Notes: generated from the letters alone by a model not told the origin. A stretch of DNA of 64,000 nt from an uncultured Gemmatimonadales bacterium (GCA_963793305.1 CAWBZV010000005.1:160001-224000), one strand, 5' to 3'; counted from the first letter of the stretch, positions 20,393 through 31,552 are shown. A program made the numbers and translations.

Positions 20393-21595
20393 ATGCCGCA
20401 GTTCACCTACACGGCGCGAGCGGTCAACGGCGAGTTGAAGACGGCGACCATCGACGCCGCGACGCGCGAAGATGTCGTCGCCCAACTGCGCCGCCAGCGG
20501 CTCACGGTCGTCAAGGTCGACGACGCGGGCGACCAGAAGAAGAAGCCGAGCGGTGGCGGGATCAAGATGCGAGACATCGTCATCTTCACCCGCCAGTTCT
20601 CGACGATGATCAACTCCGGTCTGCCGCTGGTGCAGGCGCTGGACATTCTCGCCAAGCAGAGCGAGAACAAACAGCTCCAGGCCGTCACCCGGGCCGTCGT
20701 GTTCGACGTCGAATCCGGCCATACCGTCGCCGACGCACTCCGCAAGCACCCGAAAGCGTTCAGCGACCTGTATGTGAACATGGTCGCGGCCGGTGAGGCG
20801 GGCGGTATTCTCGACACGATCTTGATGCGCCTCGCGACCTTCATGGAAAAGAACGACAACCTGGTCCGCAAGGTCAAAGGCGCGATGATCTACCCCGGCG
20901 TCATCATGTCGGTCGCCGCCATCGCCATCTCGATCCTGCTGATCTTCGTCATTCCGGTGTTCGAGAGCATGTTCGGCCAGGTCGGTCTCGCCCTGCCGCT
21001 GCCGACGCGTATCGTGATCGGTCTCTCGGCCTTCCTCCGTGGCATGGGTGGCATATTCGTGGTCGCGGGCGCCATCGGCGGGGGCTTCTTGATCAAGCAG
21101 TACTACGCGACGCCGAACGGCAAGCTGCAGATCGACAAGCTGATGCTCGGCTTCCCGGTCCTCGGCGACGTGCTCCGCAAGTCGGCCGTGTCCCGATTCA
21201 CCCGCACGCTCGGCACGCTGATCAGCTCCGGCGTCAGCATCCTCGATGGGTTGGAGATCACGGCCAAGACGGCCGGTAACCGCGTCATTCAAGACGCGAT
21301 CATGGCTTCCCGCACCTCGATCGCTGGCGGTGACACGATCTCTGCTCCGCTCGCCAAGTCCGCCGTGTTCCCGCCCATGGTGATCTCGATGATCGCCGTC
21401 GGCGAGTCGACCGGTGGTCTCGACGAAATGCTCTCCAAGATCGCCGACTTCTACGATGAAGAAGTCGACGCGGCCGTCTCGGGCTTGCTCTCGCTGCTCG
21501 AGCCGGTCATGATCGTGTTCCTCGGCGTGGTCGTCGGCGGCATGGTCGTCGCCATGTACCTGCCGATCTTCGACATGATCAACGCGGTGCAGTAA
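20393..21595 (+). CDS. pilC: Type IV pilus platform protein
   Basis: FTRQFSTM, AGEAGG, MIAVGESTG, AMYLPIF. Confidence 0.95.
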   Translation: MPQFTYTARAVNGELKTATIDAATREDVVAQLRRQRLTVVKVDDAGDQKKKPSGGGIKMRDIVIFTRQFSTMINSGLPLVQALDILAKQSENKQLQAVTRAVVFDVESGHTVADALRKHPKAFSDLYVNMVAAGEAGGILDTILMRLATFMEKNDNLVRKVKGAMIYPGVIMSVAAIAISILLIFVIPVFESMFGQVGLALPLPTRIVIGLSAFLRGMGGIFVVAGAIGGGFLIKQYYATPNGKLQIDKLMLGFPVLGDVLRKSAVSRFTRTLGTLISSGVSILDGLEITAKTAGNRVIQDAIMASRTSIAGGDTISAPLAKSAVFPPMVISMIAVGESTGGLDEMLSKIADFYDEEVDAAVSGLLSLLEPVMIVFLGVVVGGMVVAMYLPIFDMINAVQ

Positions 21596-21628
21596 CCTCG
21601 CGGTAGTCGAAGTCGCCGGCCCGCCTCC

Positions 21629-22750
21629 GTGAACGAGCGATACATCCCGACGCTCGACGGATGGCGGGCCGTCGCCATCCTGCTCGTCATTGGTGACCAC
21701 CTTTTCGCTTCCGCCGTAGGCTCGCCATCGGGTCGCACGACGCTTCCCGGGCAACTCGGCGTCAATATTTTCTTCGGCCTGAGCGGGTTTCTCATCACCT
21801 CCCGCTTGTTGGCCGAGCAGCCGATTTCCCTCGGCCGGTTCTACATCCGGCGGGCCTTTCGGATCCTCCCGCCGGCGCTGGCATATCTCGCTGTCCTCGG
21901 CACGCTCGGATCACTCGGGCTCATCCCGCTCTATCCGCGCGAGCTGCTGGCCGCCGCATGCTTCTTTCGCAACTACTTGCCACCGAATCTGCCGCTCGGC
22001 GGCGGATTCTATACGTGGCACTTTTGGTCGCTGGCCATCGAAGAGCACTTCTATCTTTTCTGGCCGCCATTACTCAAGCGCGTCCGCGGCTCAGCGCTCG
22101 TTGTGTCTATTGGCGTGGCCATCGCCGGAGCAGCGTGGCGGATGATCGAGTTGTTGCGCGAGGGGCACCTCTATGGCCACACGCTCGTCGGGTTCCCCTG
22201 GCGAACCGACATTCGTATCGATGCGCTCATGTGCGGCGCGGCAGTCGCGATTGCGTATGCGAACCCGCGGGGCCGGGCGTGGCTCTCGAACCGGTTCGGA
22301 TGGGTACTCGCGGCCGTATTGTACGGGCTCGTCGTCGCGCGATACGGCGTACGGCCGACGATTTGGCAATCGGCGTTGATCCCAATGCTCATCGCCGGCA
22401 CCGTCGCTCGGCCGAGGGACCCGGTTGGCCGAGTCCTCGACGCGGCACCGATCAGATGGCTTGGCCGGCTTTCGTACAGCCTGTACTTGTGGCAACAACT
22501 CTGGTTGCCGCCGAGCTGGTTCCCCCACACGCTCGGCGTCGCGCAGACGTGGCCGCTGAATGTCCTGTGCGTCCTCGCCTGCGCGACCGCCAGCTATTAC
22601 CTCATTGAGCGCCCGTCAATCCGGCTCGGTCAGCGGCTGGCACGAGCATACGAGGTTCCGGTCACCGTAGGCGCCATCGACGCGCCCGACCGTCGGCCAG
22701 AACTTGTGATCGCGCGTCCAAGCGGCGGGATACGCGGCACGCTGCCGTGA
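21629..22750 (+). CDS. Acyltransferase-3 (OafA-like) membrane O-acyltransferase
   Basis: [42 protein letters not shown]. Confidence 0.88.
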   Translation: MNERYIPTLDGWRAVAILLVIGDHLFASAVGSPSGRTTLPGQLGVNIFFGLSGFLITSRLLAEQPISLGRFYIRRAFRILPPALAYLAVLGTLGSLGLIPLYPRELLAAACFFRNYLPPNLPLGGGFYTWHFWSLAIEEHFYLFWPPLLKRVRGSALVVSIGVAIAGAAWRMIELLREGHLYGHTLVGFPWRTDIRIDALMCGAAVAIAYANPRGRAWLSNRFGWVLAAVLYGLVVARYGVRPTIWQSALIPMLIAGTVARPRDPVGRVLDAAPIRWLGRLSYSLYLWQQLWLPPSWFPHTLGVAQTWPLNVLCVLACATASYYLIERPSIRLGQRLARAYEVPVTVGAIDAPDRRPELVIARPSGGIRGTLP

Positions 22751-25473
22751 GTACGGCCGGTTCCACACATCGGCGGTAATCACCGCCGCGGTGTGCGGCG
22801 CCCGCTTGAGCACATTGTCATTCCGATCGGCCGTGCCCGCCTCGATCTCGCGGATCTCTTCGCGGATCGCCAGCATCGCGTCGCAGAACCGATCGAGCTC
22901 CTCGCGCGACTCGCTCTCCGTCGGCTCGATCATGAGCGTGCCGGCCACGGGGAACGACACGGTCGGTGCGTGGAAGCCGTAGTCCATGAGGCGCTTGGCG
23001 ATGTCCACGACATCCACGCCAGCCGACGCCTTGAACGCGCGCGGGTCGACGATGCACTCGTGTGCGACCAGCCCAGCCGCCCCCGTATAGAGCACCGGGA
23101 ACGCACCAGCCAGCCGGTGCGCGACATAGTTCGCGTTCAGTATCGCCACCTTCGTCGCCTTGGTCAGCCCGGCTCCGCCCATCATCGCGATATACGCGAA
23201 GGAAATCGGAAGGATGCCCGCGCTTCCGTACGGCGCCGCCGAGACGGCGCCAATGCGCTCCGGCAAGAACGGCGCGAGCTCACTGGTGACGCCGATCGGC
23301 CCGACGCCCGGTCCACCGCCACCATGCGGGATGCAGAACGTCTTGTGCAAGTTGAGATGGCACACATCGGCGCCAATGTCCCCCGGCCGCGCCAGCCCAA
23401 CCATGGCGTTCATGTTCGCGCCATCCATGTACACCCTGCCGCCGGCCGCGTGCACGAGATCGCAAATTTCTTTGATGCGCGTCTCGAACACCCCATGCGT
23501 CGAGGGATACGTAATCATGAGGGCAGCAATGTGTTCCCTATGCTGTTCGATTTTTGCCTGCAGATCCGCCACATCGACGTTCCCGTGCGCGTCGGTCGCG
23601 ACCACGACCACGGGCATATCGGCCATAGCAGCCGACGCGGGATTGGTCCCATGAGCCGATTGGGGTATCAAGCAGAATGTTGCGCTTGGTGTCGCCCCGT
23701 GCCGCGTGGAAGCCCTTGATCACGAGCAACCCGGCGTACTCGCCCTGCGATCCAGCGTTGGGCTGCACGGAAACCGCGTCGAACCCCGTGATCGTGGCTA
23801 GCGCGCTCGATAACCGCCCGATAAGCTCGGCGTACCCGGCCGCCTGCTCGGGTGGCGCGAACGGATGCATCTCCGCAAATCCCGGCCACGAAATGGGCAG
23901 CATCTCAGCCGTGGCATTGAGCTTCATCGTGCACGACCCCAGCGGGATCATCAATGTCGTGAGCGACAAATCGCGCGTCACGAGCCGGTGGAGATATCGC
24001 ACCATGTCGCTCTCCGACCGGTGCGTGTTGAACGCGGGATGCGTGAGAAACGGCGTCGCGCGCGCAAACCGCTCGTCATACCGCGCATCGACCGTCTCCA
24101 ACAGCAACTCGGCCCCAACCGGCGCCGCCGGCCCGCCATTCAGCGCCGCCAGGATGTCGTCGACATCAGCCGGCGTCGTCAGCTCGTCGAGCGTCACCCC
24201 GAGACTCCCGTCCTCGTACACGCGCAAATTCATGCGGCGCGCCGCGGCCGCCGCCGTCACGGCCGGCAACGTCCGACCTGCCGGCGTCACCCGAATCGTG
24301 TCGAAGAAGATGTCGTGCTCCACCGTGAGCCCCAGTCTCCGCGCACCCTCCGCCAGCGCCTCGGTCAGCCAATGCACCCGCGTGGCGATCCGCGTCAGAC
24401 CCTCCGGGCCATGCCACACGGCGTACATGCCAGCCATCACCGCCAGCAACACCTGCGCGGTGCACACATTGCTGGTCGCGCGCTCGCGCTTGATGTGCTG
24501 CTCGCGCATCTGCAGGGCCATGCGCAGGGCAGGGTTGCCGTCCGCGTCATGGCTCAAGCCGATGATGCGGCCGGGGATGAGACGCTTGAACTCCTCGCGC
24601 GTGGCGAAGTACGCGGCATGGGGTCCGCCGTACGCCATGGGCACGCCAAACCGTTGGGTGCTCCCCACGGCAATGTCGGCACCCCACTCGCCCGGAGGCG
24701 CGAGCAGCGTCAGGCTGAGCGGATCGGCGGCGACCACCAGCAGCGCACCAGCCCGATCCGCCGCCGCACGCAACTCCCGGTAGTCGTAGACAATACCATC
24801 AGTCGCCGGATACTGAACCAGCACACCGAAACAGCGATCCGGCAGCTTCTCGCGATGATCCCCAATGATGATCCGAATGCCGCGAGCCCGCGCGCGGGTC
24901 GACACGACAGCGATCGTCTGCGGATGGCATGTGTCCGAGACAAAAAAAGTATCTTTGTGGCCGTCATTGCTGCGCGCCGCTTGAGCCAGCGACATCGCTT
25001 CGGCCGCGGCGGTGGCTTCGTCCAACAGCGACGCGTTCGCCACCGGAAGACCGGTGAGATCGATAATCATCGTCTGGAAAATCAGCAGCGCTTCCAGAAC
25101 GTCCTTGCGCGACTTCGGCCTGGTATGGCGTGTACGCCGTATACCAGTTGGGGTTTTCGAGAATATTCCGCCGGATAACGGGCGGCAGGATGCACCCGTG
25201 ATAGCCCTGTCCGAGGAATGACCGCCAGACCTGATTCTGCCCAGCGATGCGCGCCAACTGGGCCAGCGCCTCGGCCTCGGTCTCGGCCTCTCCGATCGCC
25301 AGCGGTCGCCGTGAGCGAATGCTCTCGGGGATGACCGCGTCGATAAATGCATCGAGAGATTTATAGCCCAGCGCGGCTACCATGGCGCGGATGTCATCAT
25401 CGCGCGGACCAATGTGCCGCGAGGCGAACTGGTCGGACTCGGCCGGCATCGCCGGCGCAGTGGTTATCGTCAC
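22616..25473 (-). CDS. gcvP: Glycine dehydrogenase P protein, single chain (apparent frameshifts near 25098 and 23676)
   Basis: [50 protein letters not shown]. Confidence 0.93.
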
Positions 25474-26600
25474 GAGGGTTTGCGTTTCGGGGGATGAGAC
25501 GTGCGATAAAAGGGCAGACTGACCGTGGTCGCCGGCACTCGCCGACCACGAATGTCGATCTCGATCGTTGTACCGGCTTTTGCCTGGGCCGTAGGCAGAT
25601 ACGTGGTGCCGATCCCATACCCCAGCGTCGGGCTCATGATGCCACTGCGGACGCAGTCGACGGTCTGGCCGTCGCTCAGCACCGAATACCCGTGGCGCGG
25701 CACGGCGCGCTCGTCAATGCGAAACCCGACGAGCTTCCGAGCCGCCCCCTGCGCTTTCTGGGCGACCAGCACGTCCTTCCCGAGAAACCGGGGCTTGTCG
25801 AGCTTCGCCGTCCAGGCCAACGACGCCTCGATCGGCGTCACGCTGTCATCGATATCATTGCCATACAACATGAGACCGGCCTCGAGTCGCAGCGAGTCGC
25901 GCGCTCCGAGGCCGGCGGGTACCGCGCCGTCGATCGCGAGCAGCGCATCCCACACGGTCGTCGCATGCGCGGCGTCGAAATAGAGCTCGACGCCATCCTC
26001 GCCCGTATATCCCGTGCGCGAAACCAGCGCATGCACGCCAGCCACCACGGCGTGCGTGAAGTGATAGTACAGCACGTCGTCGAGCGACGTCGGCGTCATC
26101 GCGCGCATCACGGCCCCCGACGCTGGCCCCTGTACGGCGATGAGCGCGGTCTGATCCGAGATGTCCTCGATCGCGCAGTCGAATGATCCGACGTAGCGCC
26201 GCATGTGCTCGACGTCTTTGTCGCGATTCGAGGCGTTGACCACGACCATGACGCGATCGGCGAGCCGATACACGAGGCAGTCGTCGACGATGGTGCCGTT
26301 CTCGTTCAGGATGGTCGAGTACTGCACCTGGTTGACCGCCAATCGTCCCGCGTCGTTCGATGTGATGAAATCGACGAACGCGACCGCATCGGGGCCGGTC
26401 ACCATGACTTCGCCCATGTGGCTGACGTTGAATACCCCACACCGTCCGCGTACCGCGTGGTGCTCCGCGGTCATCCCTGGCGGATACGCCAGTGGCATTT
26501 CATACCCCGCGAACGGGACCATCTTTGCGCCGAGCGCGACGTGTCGCTCGTAGAGCGCCGTATGTCTAAGTGTTGTCACACGTGACAAAGATGCCGCCAT
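25470..26600 (-). CDS. gcvT: Aminomethyltransferase, glycine cleavage T protein
   Basis: VPFAGYEMP, VSHMGE, SRTGYTGEDG, GLGARDSLRLEAG. Confidence 0.93.
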   Translation of the reverse strand: MAASLSRVTTLRHTALYERHVALGAKMVPFAGYEMPLAYPPGMTAEHHAVRGRCGVFNVSHMGEVMVTGPDAVAFVDFITSNDAGRLAVNQVQYSTILNENGTIVDDCLVYRLADRVMVVVNASNRDKDVEHMRRYVGSFDCAIEDISDQTALIAVQGPASGAVMRAMTPTSLDDVLYYHFTHAVVAGVHALVSRTGYTGEDGVELYFDAAHATTVWDALLAIDGAVPAGLGARDSLRLEAGLMLYGNDIDDSVTPIEASLAWTAKLDKPRFLGKDVLVAQKAQGAARKLVGFRIDERAVPRHGYSVLSDGQTVDCVRSGIMSPTLGYGIGTTYLPTAQAKAGTTIEIDIRGRRVPATTVSLPFYRTSHPPKRKPS

Positions 26601-26619
26601 TGACACCTTCGATCAACGA

Positions 26620-27006
26620 TCACGAGCGACGCCCACGCCAATCGTCGAGGAGACGCCGGTCCTTTTTGGTCGGACGGCCTTCGCGCTCGTAAGTGGGAAC
26701 GGGCGCTGTCCGCATCTGCGCCGCCAGCGCCTTACGCGCCGCGATGCTCTCCGGAAGCTCCTCATAGAGCTTGGCAGCCTCAACCGCCGGCCCGCGGCGC
26801 TCCGACAAGGCTTTGACGACGAGAATGACCTCGAATGGCGGTTGCCGGACGCGCACGCGGTCGCCGACACCTAACGCTTTGGCCGGCTTGGCTTTATCGC
26901 CGTTGACCTCGACGCGCCCATTTTCGATTGCCGCAATGGCCAGGCTGCGCGTCTTATACCACCGCGCAGCCCATAACCATTTGTCGAGCCTGGTCTTGTC
27001 ACTCAT
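26620..27006 (-). CDS. hslR: S4-domain ribosome-associated heat shock protein Hsp15
   Basis: RLDKWLWAARWYKTRSLA...GRPTKKDRR. Confidence 0.9.
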   Translation of the reverse strand: MSDKTRLDKWLWAARWYKTRSLAIAAIENGRVEVNGDKAKPAKALGVGDRVRVRQPPFEVILVVKALSERRGPAVEAAKLYEELPESIAARKALAAQMRTAPVPTYEREGRPTKKDRRLLDDWRGRRS

Positions 27007-27030
27007 TGTCGCTAATATATACAGATTGCG

Positions 27031-28317
27031 ATGACCGTTACTGCTTCTCAGCCTTCTATAGAGCACACGCTCTTTCCCTCGGCAAATCGTACGGCGGCGT
27101 TCCGGCTCGATCTCGGGCGTACCGAGCTTCCGAGCCACCGTCTCCGCCCTAAGGCCGAGGTCGGTGTTCTCGACATCACGAAGTGGTTCGGCGAGACCAG
27201 CGGTGGCGTCCGGACGTACCTGCTTGAAAAAGCGCGGTACGTCGAGGCCCACACCGACATTCGCCAGGTCCTCGTCATCCCCGGGGCACGCGACTCGATC
27301 ACACAAAGCACGGGTGTCCGCTGTTATCGCTTGCGCGGTCCTCGTGTGCCGACGCAGCGACCCTATCGCTTCATGCTGGCGACTCGGTCTATTCGTCGGA
27401 TCATCCACCACGAATCGCCGTCCATCATCGAAGTCGGGAGCTGCTTCCTGGTCCCCTGGATCACAGCCCACGCCGCCAAGAAGTCCGACGTCCCGCTCGT
27501 GTTCTTCTATCACAGCAATCTGCCGCGCAGCATCTGTGCGTTTCCGGAACGCTCCTCCCGTACCCGCCAGCGCGCCCACGCCTTGGCCTGGCGCTACATC
27601 CGCAAGCTCGACTCCTTGTTCGAGCTCACTATCTGTGCGTCCCGGTCCGCGGCCGACGACCTGCAATCGCACGGCGTGGATCGAGTAGAGCGCGTCCCAC
27701 TCGGCGTCGACCTGGATCACTTCAACCCATTCCGCCGCTACCAGTCGGAAGAGACGAGAGAGCGCCTTGGGCTGCCGCTCGACGCTCCGGTCGTCGCGTT
27801 CATTGGGCGGTTTGCGAGAGAGAAAGAAGTCGATGTGTTGATCCGCGCATGGCCGGAGATCGCCCGCCGGACGGACGCGCACCTGCTCATGGTCGGTGAC
27901 GGTCCCCAGCGCGAGCGTCTGCAAGGCCTGGCCGAAAGCCACGAGCGAGTCCTGTGGATGCCATACGAGCACGATCGCGAGCAACTCGCCAACCTTCTTG
28001 CCGCGGTCGATCTCTTCGTCGCCCCAGGCTCGATCGAGACGTTCGGCCTCTCGGCGCTCGAGGCGCTGGCGTCAGGCACTCCGGTGCTGTCGGCCGACCG
28101 AGGCGGAGTCTCCGAGCAGATCGAGGCGTCAGGCGCCGGCTCGACGTTCACCGCCGGCGACCCGGGTTCGCTGAGTGAGACCGCGATCGACCTGCTTGGC
28201 GCCGATCTCTTAGGGCTAGGGCGCCGCGGCCGCGCGTATGCAGAGCGCGAGCATTCCTGGGACGGCGTGTTCGATCGCATCTTCGATATCTATCGCCACG
28301 TCCTGGCCGCCGCCTGA
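27031..28317 (+). CDS. GT4 glycosyltransferase
   Basis: SGGVRTY, GRFAREK, ETFGLSALEALASG. Confidence 0.88.
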   Translation: MTVTASQPSIEHTLFPSANRTAAFRLDLGRTELPSHRLRPKAEVGVLDITKWFGETSGGVRTYLLEKARYVEAHTDIRQVLVIPGARDSITQSTGVRCYRLRGPRVPTQRPYRFMLATRSIRRIIHHESPSIIEVGSCFLVPWITAHAAKKSDVPLVFFYHSNLPRSICAFPERSSRTRQRAHALAWRYIRKLDSLFELTICASRSAADDLQSHGVDRVERVPLGVDLDHFNPFRRYQSEETRERLGLPLDAPVVAFIGRFAREKEVDVLIRAWPEIARRTDAHLLMVGDGPQRERLQGLAESHERVLWMPYEHDREQLANLLAAVDLFVAPGSIETFGLSALEALASGTPVLSADRGGVSEQIEASGAGSTFTAGDPGSLSETAIDLLGADLLGLGRRGRAYAEREHSWDGVFDRIFDIYRHVLAAA

Positions 28318-29033
28318 CCGCGCTCCTCGTCTCCATCCATGATGTGACGCCGGCGTTGGCGTCGCGCGTCGAGGCGCTCTGGGCCCTCTGCGCGGCCCGC
28401 GGCGTCACGCCTGCGCTACTCGTTGTACCGAATTGGCACGGGGACTGGCCCCTGGAGCGCTATCCCGACTTCGTGCAGTGGATACGGTCGAGGGCCAAAG
28501 ACGGCGCCGAGGTATTTCTCCACGGCGAGCGTCACGACGAGGTCGGATCTCCACGAGGATGGCGTGATCAGTGGCGCGCATTCGGGAAGACGGCTCGGGA
28601 GGGAGAGTTTCTGACGCTCGAGGCCCCGGCCGCCCGGGAACGGGTGGAACGGGGACTTGCGCTGTTCGCGCGGTTGGGACTGGACCCCATCGGGTTCATT
28701 CCCCCCGCTTGGCTCGCGCGCGATTCCTGCGTTGGCGTGATCGGAGCACTCGGCCTGAAATTCTACGAGGACGATGCGATCGTCACGAACTGCGCCAGTC
28801 AAACGCATTACCCGTCCCCCGTGGTCCGTTGGAGTGCTCGCACGCCGTTGCGTGCGAGGGGATCGGCGCTGGTCGCCGAGTGGCGTTGGCGCGCGCAGCG
28901 CGCCGAGCGCTATGCAAGAATCGCCTTGCACCCGAGCGATCTGGACAGCCCGATCACGGCGCGCTCAGTGGAACACTCGCTCGACCGGTGGGTTGCCGCG
29001 CGACGGCCGACCCGATATCAAGACCTTGCCTGA
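28314..29033 (+). CDS. DUF2334/polysaccharide deacetylase family protein
   Basis: VSIHDV, LLVVP, LHGERH, EGEF, GFIPPAW, RIALHP; the motif needs a start upstream of 28344. Confidence 0.8.
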   Translation: MTALLVSIHDVTPALASRVEALWALCAARGVTPALLVVPNWHGDWPLERYPDFVQWIRSRAKDGAEVFLHGERHDEVGSPRGWRDQWRAFGKTAREGEFLTLEAPAARERVERGLALFARLGLDPIGFIPPAWLARDSCVGVIGALGLKFYEDDAIVTNCASQTHYPSPVVRWSARTPLRARGSALVAEWRWRAQRAERYARIALHPSDLDSPITARSVEHSLDRWVAARRPTRYQDLA

Positions 29034-29036
29034 CCC

Positions 29037-29948
29037 GTGCTGAGCACGGCCGCGGCCCTCGCACTCTGTCTCGGCCTGTTCACGGCCGACCACCTCGCGC
29101 GCGCATGGCGCGTTCAAGTCTTAGCGAGAGGGCTGGGCAATCGCACGCCTTTTATCAAAGCGTTCGCGCTGAACGCGGCGAGCGATGCGACGTCCGCCCT
29201 GACGCCGCTCAAGCTCGGCGGCGAGCCCGTGCGGTTCGGCGGATTGATCAACGCGGGCCTCAATGTATCCGACACGATCGCGCTGATCAGCGTCGAGGCG
29301 ATCATCGAATGGGCCGTCGTGATCACCCTCGGCGTCTCGATCTTCTGGCACTGGGGCGGGGCATGGTGGCGCACGCAGCAGCAAGTGCTGCTCCCGCGCT
29401 TGGGGCACGCGATCCCGTGGGTGGCGCTGATTGTTGTCGTGGGCATCGCGATCCTGTTCGGCTTCAGAAAATTCCTGCCGCAGGTCTCGATGTACGTCGG
29501 GGGAACGCTCCGCGACTCGATCCGCCTCGCGCGCCGAATGCCGTTCTGGGCAGTTGCCGCAACGGTACCCATCACGGCGCTTCACGTCGTCGCCCGCATC
29601 GCGATTCTGCCGGCGGTCTTCGCCACGCTCTCCAATCCACCGGCGCTCGGGACGGTTGTCGTCGGATCATTCGTGCTCCTCTACGGCCAGAATTTCCTGC
29701 CGACGCCCTCCGGAGCCGGCGCGATCGAGCTGGGATTCCTGGATGGCGCGGCGGGGTATGTCGGACCCGAGGCGGGCGCGTTGCTCGTCACGTGGCGGTT
29801 CTACACGACGCTGTTGCCCATCGTGCTCGGCCTCGTGTTCGGCACGGCGATGTACGCCCCGGTGCTGCATCGCATCGCGCGCTTCGTCCTCTTACGGCGG
29901 CGCCGAGCGCGCCGCACATTGCAACGTGACAACGACGCTCCGGGCTGA
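29037..29948 (+). CDS. Lysylphosphatidylglycerol synthase TM-like flippase
   Basis: LTPLKLGGEP, PTPSGAGAIE, WRFYT; multi-TM. Confidence 0.8.
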   Translation: MLSTAAALALCLGLFTADHLARAWRVQVLARGLGNRTPFIKAFALNAASDATSALTPLKLGGEPVRFGGLINAGLNVSDTIALISVEAIIEWAVVITLGVSIFWHWGGAWWRTQQQVLLPRLGHAIPWVALIVVVGIAILFGFRKFLPQVSMYVGGTLRDSIRLARRMPFWAVAATVPITALHVVARIAILPAVFATLSNPPALGTVVVGSFVLLYGQNFLPTPSGAGAIELGFLDGAAGYVGPEAGALLVTWRFYTTLLPIVLGLVFGTAMYAPVLHRIARFVLLRRRRARRTLQRDNDAPG

Positions 29949-31159
29949 CCACGACTCCGGGCGCGCCGAGGCGGCGACCGAGCTCCGGCTCGCGCTGTTC
30001 ACGGACACGTATCCGCCACAACTGAACGGCGTGTCGCGCACCCTCGAGCGCCTGGTTTCGGCGGTACAGGCACGTGGCGGTTCCGCTCGGGTGTACACGA
30101 CGACAGATCCTGAAGTCACGACGCGGTCAAGCGACATTTGGCGACGCCCGAGCATCCCATTCTGGGCCTACCCGCAACTCCGTCTCGCGCCTCCCGTCGG
30201 TGGCCGCATCTATCGCGACTTGTTGGCGTGGCGACCGACGTTGATCCACGCGGCAACACCGTTTGGCATGGGGCTCACGGGTCGTGCGTGTGCGCTGCGC
30301 CTCGGCGTTCCTCTGGTGACGTTGTACCACACGTCATTTAGCGAGTACGCGCGATTTTATAATCTGGGATTGTTAAGTGGCCTTGGGTGGGCGTTCTTCC
30401 GTTGGTTCCACAATACGGGGCAACGCACCTACGTCCCGACGCGCGCGATCGCCGATGAGCTGGGCCGTCTCGGGTTCGCACGTCTTGCGGTCTGGGGGCG
30501 GGGGATCGAGATGCAGCGGTTCAATCCGCTATATCGCTCCGCCGCGTGGCGCCAGCGACTGGGCGCCGACGACGATACGATCGTCGTGGCCTACGTGGGC
30601 CGCCTGGCCGCTGAGAAGGGGTTGGACGTTCGCGCTCTCCGCCATGCAGAGCCTCGCGTCCAACCGCCGGATCCGTTTCGCCCTGGCCGGCGACGGCCCC
30701 TACGCCGACCATTGCCGCCGCGCGGCGCCGGGCAATGCCATGTTCACCGGCCGCATCGTCGGCGAAGACCTGAGCGCATTCTACGCGTCGGCCGATCTCT
30801 TCATGTTCCCATCGACGACGGACACCTTCGGCAACGTGTTGCTCGAAGCGATGGCCTCGGGACTCCCCGTGATTGCCGCCGATGTCGGACCGACGCGCGA
30901 GCTACTGGCGAGCGGCGGTGGCGTCACGTTCCCAGCGAGCGACGCTCACGGGTTGGCCGCCCAGATCCTCGCGCTCGCCAGCGATCCGGCGCGTCGCCAT
31001 GCGCTCGCGGCCGAAGGGTTACACGCGGCGCAGAACTGCTCCTGGGACCGCATCTTCGATGCGCTCATCGCCGACTATCGTCAGGTGTCGACCGAGCCGC
31101 CCGTATGGCCCCGCCGGGCGATCACTCATACGAAGACTCGTCCGCTCTCTCGACGCTGA
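29926..31159 (+). CDS. GT4 glycolipid synthase, PimB/MGS-like (apparent frameshift at 30627-30632)
   Basis: FTDTYPPQLNGV, VGRLAAEK, DTFGNVLLEAMASG. Confidence 0.85.
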
Positions 31160-31160
31160 C

Positions 31161-31254
31161 GCCGCTCCGCGGCGCGTCGATGCAGCGCTGCGCGCTGCTC
31201 GACTGGTCGGTTCGCCTCCGGGGGGCAACCCCAACTACGCCCCCCGGACCCCCC
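31161..31254 (+). repeat. 94-bp dispersed REP/MITE-like element, copy 2
   Basis: 92/94 identical to the reverse complement of 4584-4677. Confidence 0.9.
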
Positions 31255-31280
31255 AACGACCGTGCATCGCGCGATTGCCT

Positions 31281-31481
31281 TTAAGACGACTCGTCCGCTC
31301 TCTCGACGCTAACGTCGGCGCGACCGCTCCGCGTATAGCGCACACGGACGCGCCACATTTGGCAGCAGACCTGGCAGTCCTCCTCGTATTCCTGCGTCGC
31401 CGCTCCGCCCGAATCGAGCCCCACAACATTTGGCGCGCCGCAATACGGGCACACGACGTTGGCTTCGTCATCCCGGACCAT
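31281..31481 (-). CDS. CPXCG cysteine-rich small protein
   Basis: CPYCG...YEEDCQVCC. Confidence 0.85.
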   Translation of the reverse strand: MVRDDEANVVCPYCGAPNVVGLDSGGAATQEYEEDCQVCCQMWRVRVRYTRSGRADVSVERADESS

Positions 31482-31552
31482 ACGCCAAGAAATTTAACGT
31501 CCGTCGCGCGCTAGCGTCTCACGAGGCGAACAACTCAGCAGGGGAGGACCCT

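Noticed and set aside
26620..27984. 454-aa minus-strand ORF and similar long shadow ORFs (for example 38665-40335, 40740-42191, 44501-45910, 54507-55970)
   Set aside because: Antisense shadows of real high-GC genes; only the last 128 aa of this one (Hsp15) are recognisable
31135..31314. CRISPR mini-array
   Set aside because: Only two repeats, a 126-bp spacer, the repeat is coding sequence and no cas genes are present
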